From the NCBI RefSeq assembly GCF_006345805.1, contig NC_043008.1, forward strand, positions 61,628,001 to 61,692,000: a stretch of DNA of 64,000 nt, given 5' to 3'. The notes beneath the pieces are model-generated. The model did not search any database. It saw only the letters and a program-made list of their open reading frames with translations, and was not told the origin of the DNA. This document shows, one piece after another, positions 1 through 13,916 of the stretch (position 1 is its first letter; the number at the start of each line of letters is the position of its first letter). This stretch comes from Octopus sinensis. Its lineage: Eukaryota. Made by a program: the position numbers and the translations under genes.

Positions 1-47
1 AGGCGATATCTTAAATCATACATACGGTTAATCTTACTTACATATAT

Positions 48-250
48 TGGTTTCAAATTTTGTCTGCAATTTCAGGGGACGGAGTAAGTCAATTAGATTG
101 ATCCAACTGCTCAACTGGTAATTATTTTATCGAACCCCAAAGGATGAAAGACAAAAACGACCTTGGTAAAATTTGAACCCGGAAAATAAAACCGGACGAT
201 ATGCCACTAAGCATTTGCCCGGCGTGCTATCGATTCTTTCAGCTCGCCAC
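48..250 (-). mobile_element. tRNA-derived SINE, family A (degraded)
   Basis: Reverse complement matches the family A copies at 4766, 11974 and 13685: GGCGAGCTG..GAATCG..AGCACGCCGGGC head, TTCAAATT B-box, CTTTCATCCTTT.GGG.TCGATAAA..A.TACCAG core. Confidence 0.75.
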
Positions 251-700
251 CGTTGTAATTCCATATAATATGAACAAGAAATAGAGCATTGGCAGGGATA
301 ATTGAATTAAGTCATGTCAGATGAAAAATTAGTGTAGCAATATTTAAAATCCTACGTCACTAATATACCAATACTTCATTTGCTGAAGCAACCCGAATAA
401 TTACTAGTTTTTCATTTAATGATAAAATAGTCAATGTTTTGTAGTTATTCCATAGTGGGTAGAACTTTGTTAACCGTATGGCATATTCAGAAAACATTTA
501 ATTTACTCTATAGTTTCTTCTGTTTTTCAAACTTTGTTTTGAGAAATGGACAGTACGTATGTTCTTTTGCATGCTTTCATATACAAAGAAGAGAATGAAG
601 AAAAATTACCCTGCAAACAGATTCCAGTTCTCAAAGCTTGTTACAATTACTCATACTAATATTCTTCTTATACAGTAGAGTATAAAATAATAATATGCAG

Positions 701-833
701 CAAATTCCGTCAGGGTCAACCCTGCCTTTCATATTTTCGGAGCCGATAAATTAAGTACCAGCTGCTTACTGCGGTCGATCTAATCGACTAGCCCCTGCCC
801 CCCAAGTTAGGGCCTTGTACCTAGAGTACAAAG
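701..833 (+). mobile_element. SINE family A, 5'-truncated
   Basis: CAAATTCCG..GGTCAAC..TGCCTTTCAT..TTCGG..CGATAAATTAAGTACCAG..GGTCGATCTAATCGACT..GGGCCTTGTACCTAGAGTA, shared with the other copies. Confidence 0.75.
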
Positions 834-1237
834 TAATATTTTTGTTATACATGTTTCTATATTTTTAGTAATACTTGAAGCTAGTATAAACCATGTTTTC
901 TGAAACATTTTTGTTTTATTTGTTTACCAATCAACGAAAAATTATTTTAGTTGTAAGATTTTCGAAAACATTACAATTTAAAAATTGAAATGTATTCTAA
1001 TATGAAGACAGAGCGCCGAGCAATTAAGAGAATAGTAATTTTAGAGAATACACAAATTATTATTACTTTCTCAGAAATGGTCGTATGTTTTAATGTTCAT
1101 TTTGCAGTCGCGTGCTTCCGGATATAGTTTCAACATATGAACTATTTCGTGAGTTGTGTATTCTATTTTGACCCTGGAGACAAATGAATTTTGGGTGAAA
1201 TTGTTAAATGCGTGCGTGTATATATATATATATATAT

Positions 1238-1290
<53 letters not shown>

Positions 1291-2868
1291 GTATATGTGT
1301 ACATGCGTGCGTGTGTTTCTGTCTCTTTGCATTTGTAACTCCACTGTTTCCTATGTTCGCGATTTTATGCCCTTGAAAGTAGAAATTCGGTAACAAGTGG
1401 CCGGTAGAATAAGTACAAACCAAATTTATAAGAGCCGTCCAATCAAATGTGCCAGAGAGTCGTGTCAGCACAGTGACTGAGACAAGATAAAGAATTAAAC
1501 TTTTTTAAATCATTTTTTTTATTACTCTATCATTGATTTTTAAATGGTATTGAGTGAAGTAGAGATGGAAAACGTTGGCACAGTTCAGCCATAGATGTTG
1601 CATTGATATCGAACGCAAATTTGAATGTTGGAGACAGAAACATGTTTACAATAGAACCATAAAATAAGTAATTCTGCCCATTATTTAGAGAAATATTTAC
1701 AGCTGCACAGCCTAAAGGAAACACACCTTAGCTAAATATGTTCCCGTCACTTGAGCAGGTGATTAGTACACACATCGACTTACACCTAGGGATATATACT
1801 TCATAGCAAGATATGTTCACTGACAAGACTGTAAATAACGAATATATATAAAAATTAATGTCACTTTAAAGAAATTTATTTGTAATTACATTAACCCAGG
1901 AAAAAAGTTAAAAACAGAGAATAATGTATATCAATTACCACTTTTGAGCTTGATTTAAATTATTCCGTGATATTTTCTACCATGATGCATGGCTTTTTAA
2001 ACTCCATTTATTTTATAATTTTCATACTTTAACGTTCATTTAATATTTGATTTATAAAGGAGATTAATATCTAATTATTAAGCAAAACATTCTGCTTCTG
2101 TACCATAATATTATATGATAGTGATTTTAAGCGTTACTGAATTGAATGTGTAATATACTAATGTATCTCCCAGATGACTTTGTGAAAGAATGACATTAAA
2201 TTTGCTGGAATGGGTTCCCAAAATCTCCTGAAGCCCTACAAAAGCTTTTAACATTTTGTAATGCACACACTGGAAACCCTCATCAATTATACTATGCGAG
2301 CATTGCTGAAAATTACAAGGGTTGGTTTAAATTCCATTTCGGATATTATTACAGTAAAGATGCCAAAACGGCAAGATTTATGAAAATTAAGGCATCACTG
2401 AACTACGCATAATAGAAGATAAGCATTTCGCTTTCAGCCTTACATACCGAAAATATTGCTGAACATTTTTAAAGCGGAAACTTAAACTGTGTTCATGTTC
2501 TCACAATTAATAATATAAACGAAAGAAAATTATATCTCCTTGGTAATTTGAGAGCACAGTCCATCGACAACTAATTCACCTCTAGTCTACTCTAAAGAAC
2601 TGATAAATACTACTACACTTGAACGGCGTTAAAGCGGTTCTAATAATAAAGCCCTTTCCTTAATTGCGGAAAATTGCTGTGTTGAGACTTCAAATAATAC
2701 TAGATAAGACCGTGAATCTTATTTACTGATTGTCAGTATGGTTGTGCTATTCAGAAACCCGCTTTGCAGCAACTTGGTTTTATGTTTGATCTCTTTATAC
2801 GACACCATAAGCAAGTGTCTTCTACCACAACCACGAAACGCACGACCAATATTTCTAAGTGATAGCAT

Positions 2869-2900
<32 letters not shown>

Positions 2901-2922
2901 GCATATATATATATATATATAC

Positions 2923-2984
<62 letters not shown>

Positions 2985-4353
2985 TGTGTGTGTGTGTGTG
3001 TGTGTGTTGTGTGTGTGTGTGTATAGGAGTGTTGTTTGCGTCTGCGTATGTTTGTGTGTATATTTGTGTTTCCGATCATTCGCCCACCAATTGCCAACCA
3101 GCAATGTTAAAAATGTCCCCTATGTCCCTGCCAGTTAGCGGTTCGGCAAAAAGATTGATAGATGTGCTATTGAGGAGTCGAATGGATCCTTCCGGGAAGA
3201 GCTCTAGCCTTGCTGCATTCCGATGACTTAAGCAACTAAGAAATAAAGCTAAAGAATGTAAGTATACCTTTTTCACATCCGATGTTATCTACTAAAACTT
3301 TACCTAAAAATGTTTGAACACGTGTCAATATTAGCCTCGATAATATCCGGAAGAATAATATCTTTTTTTTAACTATGCATTTGCATTTCCTATATAAATT
3401 CATATCGTTTGAATGTTGTCACTTGCATATTGATTTATGCGTATGCCTTTAAGATAATTGTCTACAAATTTGTACTTTAGTATTTTATATTTGTGTTGCC
3501 CTTGTAAAAAGTAAATAAATCATTTTGATTTTATGTTATCATTTGCTCTTTATGTTAATGTTGTTTTGTTGCTGTTGTTGTTATTGTGCTTCGTGTTACA
3601 TGTTATATTTTTATAATCTTCTTACACGTCGTTGTTGTAGGATATATCTATTTTCTATTGCTAAAGTAAAAAAATGTTGGCTTTTTATGATGTACTTAAT
3701 TCATGCAAGATGGTAAGAACATCGATATATATTCTCTTATTAAAGCAAAAAGGAAAAAAAAATGAAAAACGAAAATTCCATTAGATATCCGCCATATGTT
3801 TCCGCCATAAAGGCATATATAATTGTTTATTATGGTGACTATAATGATGATATACTTTCTATATCCTGTTGCGTATATCTTTATATTTTACGACCATAGG
3901 CGTTGAGAAAGTATTTAATGATTTCATGCATAAACATTAGTATGAACGTGAAAATTAATGAAAAACAATGTGTATTCGGTCAACAACCTACAGAGTATAC
4001 GCAAATTAGGATAAACTAAATTCATGTAAATCAAGAACAACTTAATTGATGTAAACTAAAAATAATATACAGATGTAGCCATGTGCATGTTTCCCTCATC
4101 GTGAATTAAATATCCCTAAACAACATAAATAAAAGAAAATAATTTGGAATATACGATAGACTGCAAAAATTAGCCAAGCAACACAAACATGCACGGTGCC
4201 ATCCGTTTCCACCACAGTCGACGTTTCATCAAAGCTTTTATTTAAGATTTGATAGACAAAAGCAATTCACACATACGCAGTCACCAATCTGCCTATACAT
4301 ACACAAACACACATTCAAGTATGCACAATTACACCCCATCATATACAGATATC

Positions 4354-4527
4354 GGTTTGAAATATTGGCAAGGGCCATTAATTTGTGGGGAGGGGATGCG
4401 TCGATGACATCGACACCATGCTCGAATCATACGTATTTTGTGAATCCCGAAAGAGACGAAAGATAAATCGACTGCGGTGGAATTTGAACTCAGAACGTAA
4501 AGATTGAAGAAATGCGACTAAACATTT
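4354..4527 (-). mobile_element. SINE family A (degraded)
   Basis: GGAATTTGAACTCAGAACGTAAAG and GTCGATGACATCGAC are reverse complements of family A motifs. Confidence 0.65.
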
Positions 4528-4605
4528 TAACTTGCGTGCTTAAGTTCCTGCCATCTCTCAACTCTCTCTCTATATATACATATACGATTATGCCAGCTCA
4601 CTGCC

Positions 4606-4721
<116 letters not shown>

Positions 4722-4765
4722 CACATACATACATACATACATACACACATACATACATACATACT

Positions 4766-4987
4766 GCAGTGAGATGGCAGACTCGTTAGCACGCCGGGCG
4801 AAATGCTCATGGTATTTCGTCTGCCGTTACGTTCTCAGATCAAATTCTGCCGAGGTAAACTTTGCCTTTCATCCTTTCAGGGTCCATTAAATAAGTACCA
4901 TTTTCACACTGGGGTCGATGTAATCGACTTTATCCCTTTGTCTATCCTTGTTTGTCCCTTCTATGTTTACTCCTTGTGGGCAAAAAG
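4766..4987 (+). mobile_element. SINE family A, near full length
   Basis: tRNA-like head TGGCAGACTCGTTAGCACGCCGGGCGAAATG, core GCCTTTCATCCTTTCAGGGTC, hairpin GTCGATGTAATCGAC, tail TTGTTTGTCCCTTCTATGTTTA..CCTTGTGGGC. Confidence 0.8.
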
Positions 4988-5022
4988 TATACCAAAAAAA
5001 AAAAATATATATATATATATTA

Positions 5023-5094
<72 letters not shown>

Positions 5095-5429
5095 CGTGTG
5101 TGTGTATGTGTGTCTGTATAATCTATGTGAGAAGCGACTAGATAGATCTACTGAATTATCTGCTCTTAGAAATGTGGTCGGGCAATCCCAAACCGTGAAA
5201 CGTCCATCAGATCTTTATTTGTTGACAAATTTCTCTCGTTTGTTTTGCTCCCACTTTCACTTAAAAGGTTTCAACTGACTCGAGGCTATGGAAATTTAAC
5301 CTAACAGACATCCCACGCAGGCGGATTGAATCCAAGCGATCTTAACCATGATACACATACATACATACATAGACATACACATATATAGGTGGCTGTGTAT
5401 GTATGTGTGTGTATTCACATTAAGTTTTA

Positions 5430-6300
5430 TTGCATACATTAGACATTAGTGATATTGTATTTACCACATTACACCTGTTGACATCTTTATTCAGTTTAAT
5501 TGTGATTGACTTGGAACGTAATATCTTTTCAAAATTATTTCATGGTAGGTTTTGATCGAAAAGGATCAAAATATCTTTTAGAATTCGTTGGTTTAACTTT
5601 CTGTCTTTTTCTTCTATACTATCTGTGTCACCACGTTTTTAAAAAAATGTATTGTAGCACTGTTGTGGCACATGTATAATAACAGTGAAAATGTGTTCTT
5701 ATACAATTTTATTCTAACATGAAAGTGTTTAATGTAGCTACTACCATGGTCGTGTCTCTAAATATATTACAGCTTTATAAGTACTTAAGAGCCGGATATG
5801 AGGTACTCGATTGTTTTTCTATGTTGATTGTACATAGAGCAGTTGACAATTTGCCACAACATTAATTTATTTAGCTTGTATTTTGTGAAGAAGCGCTGAT
5901 TATAGCTGTGTCTTCTTTTGCTTTTTCATAATAAACCTCTGATATCTCTTAACTTCTAATTTGTTATATTGAATTTATTGTTTACACCAAAGATTGTAAG
6001 TCGTGGTTGGACGTATTAACTAATTTCTGGTAGTAGATTTCATTTTCCACTACTAATTAAACTCTTTCATCTTATTCTTTATCATTATATCATTAACTTT
6101 TTACTTTGGTATATTGTTATATTCATCTCTTGTGAGGTTCTTTTATTCCTGATGTTGTGCTAATTCTCTTATTGAACAATGACATTTTAGCTGGATTCTT
6201 TAGATTCATATTAATTTGCTTCTCATGCATGTAGATTAGCAGATGTCGCCTACAGTTTTATAATTTAAATATTGCTTTTGTATTCAAGGATATTTGATTT
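5430..6300 (-). pseudogene. Highly degenerate Penelope-like (RT C-terminus/GIY-YIG) remnant
   Basis: Scattered minus-strand peptide fragments follow the same order as the C-terminal half of the intact PLE at 34-36.5 kb (STHN-like, KSKR-like, Cys cluster, IYxxxC). Many stops and frameshifts, so only tentative. Confidence 0.3.
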
Positions 6301-6490
6301 TCAGATGTTTCCTTAATGAAACCTATCTTATATAATTTGAAATCATCTTTAGAGGGAAAATAAATCAAGCTGTGTATAAAAATCCAGTCGCGAAGGTATT
6401 AATGACTTCGAGAAGCTATCTGCATTAGAAACGCTGACCACGTTAAAGACTATATAGTTTTCAGTCAGCATGAGAAAAGATAACTATATA

Positions 6491-6872
6491 TCTCTCTCTA
6501 TATAAACGGCAGTTTGTCTGTGCGCGTTTCTGTGTGTCTGTTTGCTTGTACCCTCACCCTGACCACGGCTTTCAACCGATTCTGATGAAACTTGACACAC
6601 ACATAGCCCAATGTCATAATTCAAAACTAACGCAGCGAAAATTTTGAAAAGTTCCCCCAGTTCTGAAAAAAATCGATAAATTCGACATGGGGTCGAGAAT
6701 CAGAAACACAAACCGCAAACTGTCTAGGGGACGCAACTCCACCTTTTTAACTAAAAAAAAAATTTACCATCATTTTTTTCCGTTTTTTGGCTATTTTCTG
6801 GCTATAACTCTCTAAAAATGCTTTATAGTTATTTCGCTTACAAACCTGAGCAACGCCGGGCGATACTGCTAG
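6491..6872 (+). mobile_element. Non-autonomous Helitron
   Basis: Starts A|TC(TCTCTCTATATAAA) at 6491, has an internal TGTCTGT/ACCGATT motif, a subterminal hairpin CCTGAGCAACGCCGGG, and ends CTAG|T at 6869-6873. Inserted between A and T. Confidence 0.8.
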
Positions 6873-8929
6873 TCACTTATTAAAACCACACCATCAAGGC
6901 TTCTTAACGATATAGCACTTTTTTGAATTGCATAGAGACGCTATATGTTTAAGAACAATTGTTTTAATTATTTTAATATGATTTATGTATTCAGCATTGC
7001 AAATCTGATAAAACTTTTTACATGTTGAAAGAAAGTCAATATTAATTCCATGATTATTATCAGTTGCTATCATTTCGTTAATCATAGTATACGTGTATGT
7101 GTCACGGTAGCGTTCATCTGCGATACATATGCTCCATTTTACTTGCTGAAGTGCCAGTAGATTGTTATTCCGTAGTGATCTTTCTATAAATAAATGACCT
7201 TACCAAATTCTTAACCGATACTTATTCTAGATTAACCAATTCGTTCTCTTATTACCACCATGGCATGAATGATGAAGCTTATTTATTTGCAGAGACTCTC
7301 TGAAATGCCTGAACACGTCCTGGATTGTCTTCCATAATTACCGAGGTGATTAAAATAAAATTAACCATTGAACCAATGTCTTTTTCGCATCGAATGTTTC
7401 CAATTAAATGTCCAAAGCTCACCACATTAAATAATCTAACGCCAACATAATTTATATCTTTTATATGAAGAACGGATAGTTAAGTGCAGGTTACCATAGT
7501 TAATTCACTGGACTGAAAATAATTTTTAACCATTTGAAATTATAATCGTAGGCTGTTTTCATATAAAATGAAACCATTCTTGATTAGGTTTGATCATTTT
7601 CATACGGTAGTTATAGTTAGAAAAGTGAATAACTGGGAGTGGATATCTTTTTATAAATGATTAAGTATTTCAGAGAAGACTTGCTCTATTATATCCTGTT
7701 TACAATTTACCTGGTTAGTTCAATTTTGTGTATGAATGATATCTGCATTATCTATAAATTAGGCATTCTATTAAAAAAGCTTTTTGAAAATTAAAAATTT
7801 TGAAGAGAGGATTGGTTAAAAACGACAGTTCTTCCTGTTAGTTATAATAGAAGATTTTAGAAAAAACTGTAGTTGTAATGAAATAATAACAATTAAAAAT
7901 GACAATTGACAATGTGTGTAAACACTTTATAATATCTAGTTCCTTCAATTTTACTTCTTTATATAGGCCTAAAAATTATTCAAAATAATTTTTAGTTACA
8001 TTTGCCTGTGTACGGTATTTACAATCAAGAACCATCAAGTATGATAGCATGCACTTAACTGTAAGTTCTTCATATAGATGACACCCCTGAGAAACAATAG
8101 AATTTAAGTTAATGTGATTATGCTTAATGTAGCGAGCATTAAAAATCTAATTACAAGTACTTACTCAGTGAGTAAAAGACATTAGGTGAATGACTAATAT
8201 TATTTTAATCACTTCAGCAAGTACGGGAAACGAAGCCGAAACTTCATTATATTGCAGAAGCTGGAATGAGAAAATCATTAAGTAGATATACAATATCGCA
8301 TTCGTATGAGCGTGGAAAATTGATTACTTGTTTATATTGTGATGGGAATAATTTGGTGCCTTGGTTAGGACGTAAACGACACAGTCCCAAATAACATTAC
8401 AAAAAGAAAGAAAAAAAACCCTTATATATCTCGTTGCTGGAAAATAAGGTTTAATGCTTATATGTTTAAACTGAAATTCTATAAACGCTTTCGAGTGAAA
8501 AGTTGTGACACTGACTTATGATATAATTATCGACCACTGTGGGCTTGAAGGCGTGTGACACAAATCAATGTTTCTCTATCAAATTGATGTACATCTCCAT
8601 TCATCCAGTTCTCACCCCTTTCTCCATCTATTTTCTACTTAACTGTGAACTGGGCTCCGGCAATGCACAGTTTTACTGCGTCCGGCTGTCTCTCTAAAAA
8701 TTTTGGTGGTTGAGTCAATCGTTGTTTTCGAATTTTCACTGATGAGATTTGACAACTTGTATTTCCTTGTTATATAATTAATTTGATACGACTTGTCCTA
8801 TCGTTTTCTAGTTTCATATTTAACATATAAATATTTTTTAGTTCATTCTTTATTTCAAGACTGATAATAAGTGGTGAAAAATTGAAATTAGAGCTATTTA
8901 CGTTGCCTACAGAAAAAAAGGATTAGTTC

Positions 8930-9870
8930 GAAGGTTAGCGACAAAGGGAAGTTAGATGTACAAGGCCCAGAAACTGTCAACAAACATATAACATAAATTT
9001 CGTTCAGATACGTCAGGACAGGGGACACAAATCTTGAAGACAAACCAAGGTGATGAAGAATAAAACCTTTTGTTGTAGAAGGTAAAGCTTGCTTGAAATG
9101 GTTGAACATCAGCAGCGCCCAAGAACGCGTACATTGTCAGCCAAAAGTGATCCTTCAAAAACACCATCATTCGACACCTCCATAAGCTCTGCATTATGAG
9201 CATATATTGTTCAATTGCCCTTCTTCAACTGACCAATCGCCATGCTCGAAGACGCATGAACATTTACAAACAATAGAAGATAAATTCTTGAGATGCCCAG
9301 TTTTGGCATCGAATTGTAACTGGGGATGAAAAATTAATCTGCTTTTTGTTATCTTCGAAATAGAGAGCATTGACTTCGTATTGAAAACCTATGGTCAAAC
9401 AAGGGGGTTCGAATAGAAGGTCGTGTGTGTTCGATGGAATTTGGAAGGGCTGTTGCAGATTGAGATCGCACCCGATGGTCATACTGAGAAGGCTAAAGTT
9501 TATGCCCTACAACTGCAGCCAGTTTATGATGCTTTGAAAGCCCGTAACACGGCATCCGTCAACCGAAGATGCACGCTCCTACAGCATGATACTTACCCAG
9601 CAAACACTGCCAATGTGACCAAGCACAAACTTGAGGGGCTGCTTCACTCAGTCCAAACCATGCTCCATTAGGTTACAACTGTTTTCGAGCCATGTCTTTG
9701 TTCCCACAGGGAAGAAGGCTTAAGGATATGAAAGAAATTTAAAAGAGACTCTGGGGTTTTCGTGCCTCTAAATCAGCAAAATGCTACAAGCGTAGAAGTG
9801 AATTTCTGGCACAACGATGTCAACAAACTGTAGAATAAAATGATATATATTTTAATGAATAAGCGCCCTT
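8930..9870 (+). pseudogene. Degenerate mariner (DD34D-type) transposase
   Basis: Fragments LEDKPR, HRIVTGDEK, CVRWNLEG (cf. CVWW..G) and LLQHD..PANTA..TKHKL (cf. LLHDNARPH.A..T..KL), with frameshifts and stops. Confidence 0.7.
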
Positions 9871-10581
9871 TGTATATGATTTGTTTGTATACAAATTTAA
9901 GGCCTTGAAATACTAGAGAACGTTTTACCCAGAATGGTATCCATATTTCTATTCATTAACGTTTAATTTTGTATGCATCCAACACAAGAAAATAGGAGAT
10001 ATAACACTTTTATATGATCCTCAAGGGTAGTTTTGCTTATACGATTCTCATCATATATACCTGTGCTAGCTAATTAATGAATACATGCGATACATATAAT
10101 TCAAAGCAAAGCCGCCCATTGCTGTCAAGCTTGGTGGTAGAATATAGGGATTAAGATTCACTAAGTATTTTCTGAAATCTCAGTCAAAATCACTGCCAGT
10201 GTTACATCCATCTCTGTTGAATAATTTTCGTGCAAATTATCTCGCGGTCTTTTTTATTGTGCTGTGTTTTGATAAAACAATACAATTTCGTAACAGAAAA
10301 AAATTAAACAGAAATGTCTCTACAAAACCACCATATGGAGGAAAACGAATGAAAGGAAGTCACCAGTCGGTAGAAGAAAAAAACAACGTTTTCCTCGGTC
10401 GTAGATAATTTAAAGATGAATGCGACATTTTTCCATTATTTATATTCTATTTGTTATTAAAATTCACTGAGCCAATTTCAAACAAGATGTGCCCGACTGA
10501 TAGACAAGATGATGATAATAATCTGCTGATGATGATGATGATGGTAGTAATAATAGAAATAATAATAATAGTAATAATAAT

Positions 10582-10925
10582 GCTCTGACGCAGTACCAAT
10601 CACTGACTCTCGTAGCTTCTGATCTTAACTGGCTGGAAGTGTTATCATGTACATGTTTTGAATGCCCTGATGCAGGAGCAGCGACTAGCTCCTGTGGCTT
10701 CTTATCTTAACTGATAGAAAGAGTTATCATGAACATCTTTTGTCTTGGTATATAAGATGGGCTACAGCAAATATTTTGATCAATACCGCAGATATGCTTG
10801 TCAGTTGCTTGAGCTTAACCAGCTGAGCAAGTTCCTTGGTGGGTGGCGATATATGAATCTCTGATCAGAAGCAGTTATGGGGAGCATCATAGCCATGTTT
10901 TGAGAGGAATTCCTTGGGGTGTTGC
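10582..10925 (+). mobile_element. AAT-microsatellite-associated non-autonomous element (family D), partial
   Basis: Begins right after (AAT)n. Matches the reverse complement of 25255-25604 and 25636-26080. The first ~80-nt module is duplicated (10590-10660 and 10672-10743). Confidence 0.7.
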
Positions 10926-11973
10926 CAACCATCCCTCACTAAATGAGCATAATGAGATTAGCAATAAATATATGCTCAATAGTTAAAGACAGAAATAGGT
11001 ATAAGAATCACAGGTAGAACTAAGTATGTTCCGTCAGAGGCAAAAGTATACAAAATTCTTAATAAATCATATCACAAGTAATATCAATTTCTGTCATGGA
11101 GAAACTTTGACAATAAAGAAAACAACACATACACAAATATGAATATTCCATGTGTAGTTTGCCATGATTCTAGAAAGCACTGCGTATTACATTCGGCCAA
11201 ACGATGCCTTCCAATACTACGTCAATTGTCGAATCTACGACGAATAATTTAATAACTACAAATTGTCAATTGTCGAAAGCAAGCACCAAATCTGAAAAGT
11301 CTTCTTCAAGAAAGCAAAATCCACATCAGAGAAATAAATAATGCAGGTACACACTGCGGATGCCCTTGTTCTGGAACGTATTAAATAATTAAACAAGGAA
11401 CAATCAAAAGATTAAAAAATGTGAATTAAGTTAAGGTGAATGCAAACATGAATTGCGAAACGAAATTCTCATCTACTGCATCAGATGCCCATAGTGAATA
11501 GCATATTATATCACCAAAGTAGAGTCGAAAATAATCACCGTGTGAGAGTACACCACACAAACACGCAAACATACACACACACCACACACACACCACACAT
11601 TCATACACATTTCACTCACACACACACACTATTACACACACGCACAAAAGCTCATACACATATTCGTCAAAACACACGTATATTTATCTCACGCAGTACA
11701 CTCTAATATAGAAATACGATTCTCGCGACTCCTACACGTTCACACTCATCCACCTACACACACATACACACGCACAAAAACATATATACGCTTAGACGCT
11801 CTACACACTCAAGTATCACACAAACGCTCACATACATGCTTACACAACCAACGACCATTTTTTGCATTCTCACTTCTTCAGAAATCACATTCCTTATTTC
11901 TCTCCAAATTGTGGTATTCAATATTTAGCCGCGTAATCACACTAGCGATTTTCTCTAGAATATGTTTCTTCAC

Positions 11974-12093
11974 GGCAGCGAGCTGGCAGAATCGTTAGCA
12001 CGCTGGACGAAATGCATAGCGCTATTTCGTCTTCCGTTACGTTCTGAGTTCAAATCCCGCCGTGGTCGACTTAGCCTTTCATCTTTTCGGGGG
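11974..12093 (+). mobile_element. SINE family A, 3'-truncated
   Basis: GGCAGCGAGCTGGCAGAATCGTTAGCACGC head; GAGTTCAAATCCCGCC B-box region; ends in the core GCCTTTCATCTTTTCGGGG. Confidence 0.8.
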
Positions 12094-12435
12094 TTTATAT
12101 TTTATATTTTCCTTTATATATAGCCATTTATTTTTTAAAAACTGTCTCTATTTGATATATCTATATATCTATCTTTCTATCTCACATGAAAACAACGTCT
12201 ATTAGAATTAGATAGTTTATAGAGAATACTATTTCAACTGAAAATCCATATTTTTTTAGTTCTTCAAGTTTGTATAAAGTGAATTTCCTGTTTTATTGTC
12301 TGCGAATATCAAATTGTTACCCATTTATGTCGGTTTTTATATTCATTAAAATAAAGTAGAAATGTTCTGCCATAGATCTCATGAAAAATGTTTAGAAAAT
12401 TTTACTACAATGTGGTTACGAAAGACTTGCTAAAA

Positions 12436-12615
12436 ATCTATCTATGGCAATCCCTCAAGGTCGAGGATGATGATCTTCGCGCAAATTTATTGGTGAGTCC
12501 GCAGGTGACTGATGAGACCGATTCTTTCTCGAAAAGATCGGTCACATTGCGGACATCTAGTGCCGGAAGGAAGAGTCGCACGTGGTTGTTGTTGGCGCTC
12601 CTTCCAAAAATATAG
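12436..12615 (-). mobile_element. 3' end of an RTE-clade (BovB-like) LINE
   Basis: Minus-strand peptide RCPQCDRSFRERIGLISHLRTHQ* (C2H2 finger typical of RTE C-termini), then a short 3' UTR ATCATCCTCGACCTTGAGGGATTGCC and a short (ATAG)n tail. Confidence 0.75.
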
Positions 12616-13082
12616 TGCAGGGAAAATAGAATGTAATGAAAGTAGTTGTCTCTTGAATTTTCGGAAATGCCATTTATTGAAGACACGGAAAATGACAGAC
12701 ATACAATGTAGTTACCTCAGCAACCTACGTTAACAGCATATTTCTGCTCTCAGCTTCTGCTTTATTGCTTATCATAACAATGAATTTCTCTTTATTATGG
12801 TCGACGTTAATTAAATCAGAGATGAACTGAATCTTCTATCGAAATCATCTAGAAGACGGGGGTTGTACTTCATGCCTCCGTTCAGAAAATTTCCCATTTT
12901 CCAATTCCTTTTTTAATCTTATCACAACACTAAATTTCCCCCTTCAAATCACTGCATCACCAACCTTGCTCACAAACATAGAGATACACATAATTCCTAC
13001 AGAAGAATAAAAATCTTATTCGCTTTTACAGGATCAACTCCAAGATCATGTTCTCTTTGACACAGCTGTAAAGGCCTAGAAT

Positions 13083-13471
13083 GTGTGGAAGCACTCCGTC
13101 GGTTACGACGACGAGGGGTCCGGTTGATCCAAATCAACGGAACAGCCTGCTCGTGAAATTAACGTGTAAGTGGTTGAGCACTCCACAGACACGTGTACCC
13201 TTAACGTAGTTCTCGGGGATATTCAGCGTGACACAGAGAGTGACAAGGCCGGCCCTTTGAAATACAAGGTACAACAGAAACAGGAAGTAAGAGTGAGAGA
13301 AAGTTGTGGTGAAAGAGTACAGCAGGGATCACCACCATCCCCTGCCGGAGCCTCGTGGAGCTTTAGGTGTTTTCGCTCAATAAACACTCACAACGCCCGG
13401 TCTGGGAATCGAAACAGCGATCCTATGACCGCGAGTCCGCCGCCCTAACCACTGGGCCATTGCGCCTCCAC
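13083..13471 (-). mobile_element. tRNA-derived SINE family C, full length with TSD
   Basis: Head GTGGAGGCGCAATGGCCCAGTGGTTAGGGC..TTTCGATTCCCAGACCGGGC (A/B boxes). A 13-bp target-site duplication AAAGGCCTAGAAT lies at 13070-13082 and 13472-13484. Confidence 0.9.
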
Positions 13472-13684
13472 AAAGGCCTAGAATACACACAAAACGTAAT
13501 AGATGTTTTTTTTTTCATTTTTAAACATTGGGCCGGTCTTCCTCGATAGCCGCACATTTAGAAATGGAACGCTTCACGAAAGCAACAATAGCATTCAGTG
13601 ATTTTCGATTTCGTTCTATCACTTTTGATGGTTTTCTCGTTCGTGTTCTTGTGAATGGTGTACCAATCGTTATACTTGCGACGT

Positions 13685-13916
13685 GGCGGCGACGTGGAAG
13701 AAACGTCAGTACGCCGGGCGAACTCCTTACGGGTAGTTCGTCCGCCGCTGCGTTCTGAGTTCAAATTCCGCCGAGGTCGACTTTGCCTTTCATCGTTTCG
13801 GGGTCGATTAAATAAGTACCAGTTACGCACTGGGGTCGATATGATCGACTTAATCCGTTTGTCTGTGCTTGTTTGTCCTCTCTGTGTTTAGACCCTTGTG
13901 GGTAGTAAAGAAATAG
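13685..13916 (+). mobile_element. SINE family A, near full length
   Basis: Same head, core and tail as 4766-4987. Confidence 0.85.

Noticed and set aside
7100-8150. Possible decayed LINE on the minus strand
   Set aside because: Only isolated 3-4 residue resemblances; cannot be supported.
12505-12540. CTGATGA...GAAA hammerhead-like string
   Set aside because: Stem II has only 2 bp, and it lies antisense within RTE coding sequence; coincidental.
13400-13471. tRNA genes at SINE heads (also 11974, 38400, 52430, 54256)
   Set aside because: A/B boxes are present, but they continue into SINE bodies with TSDs and lack a proper acceptor stem.
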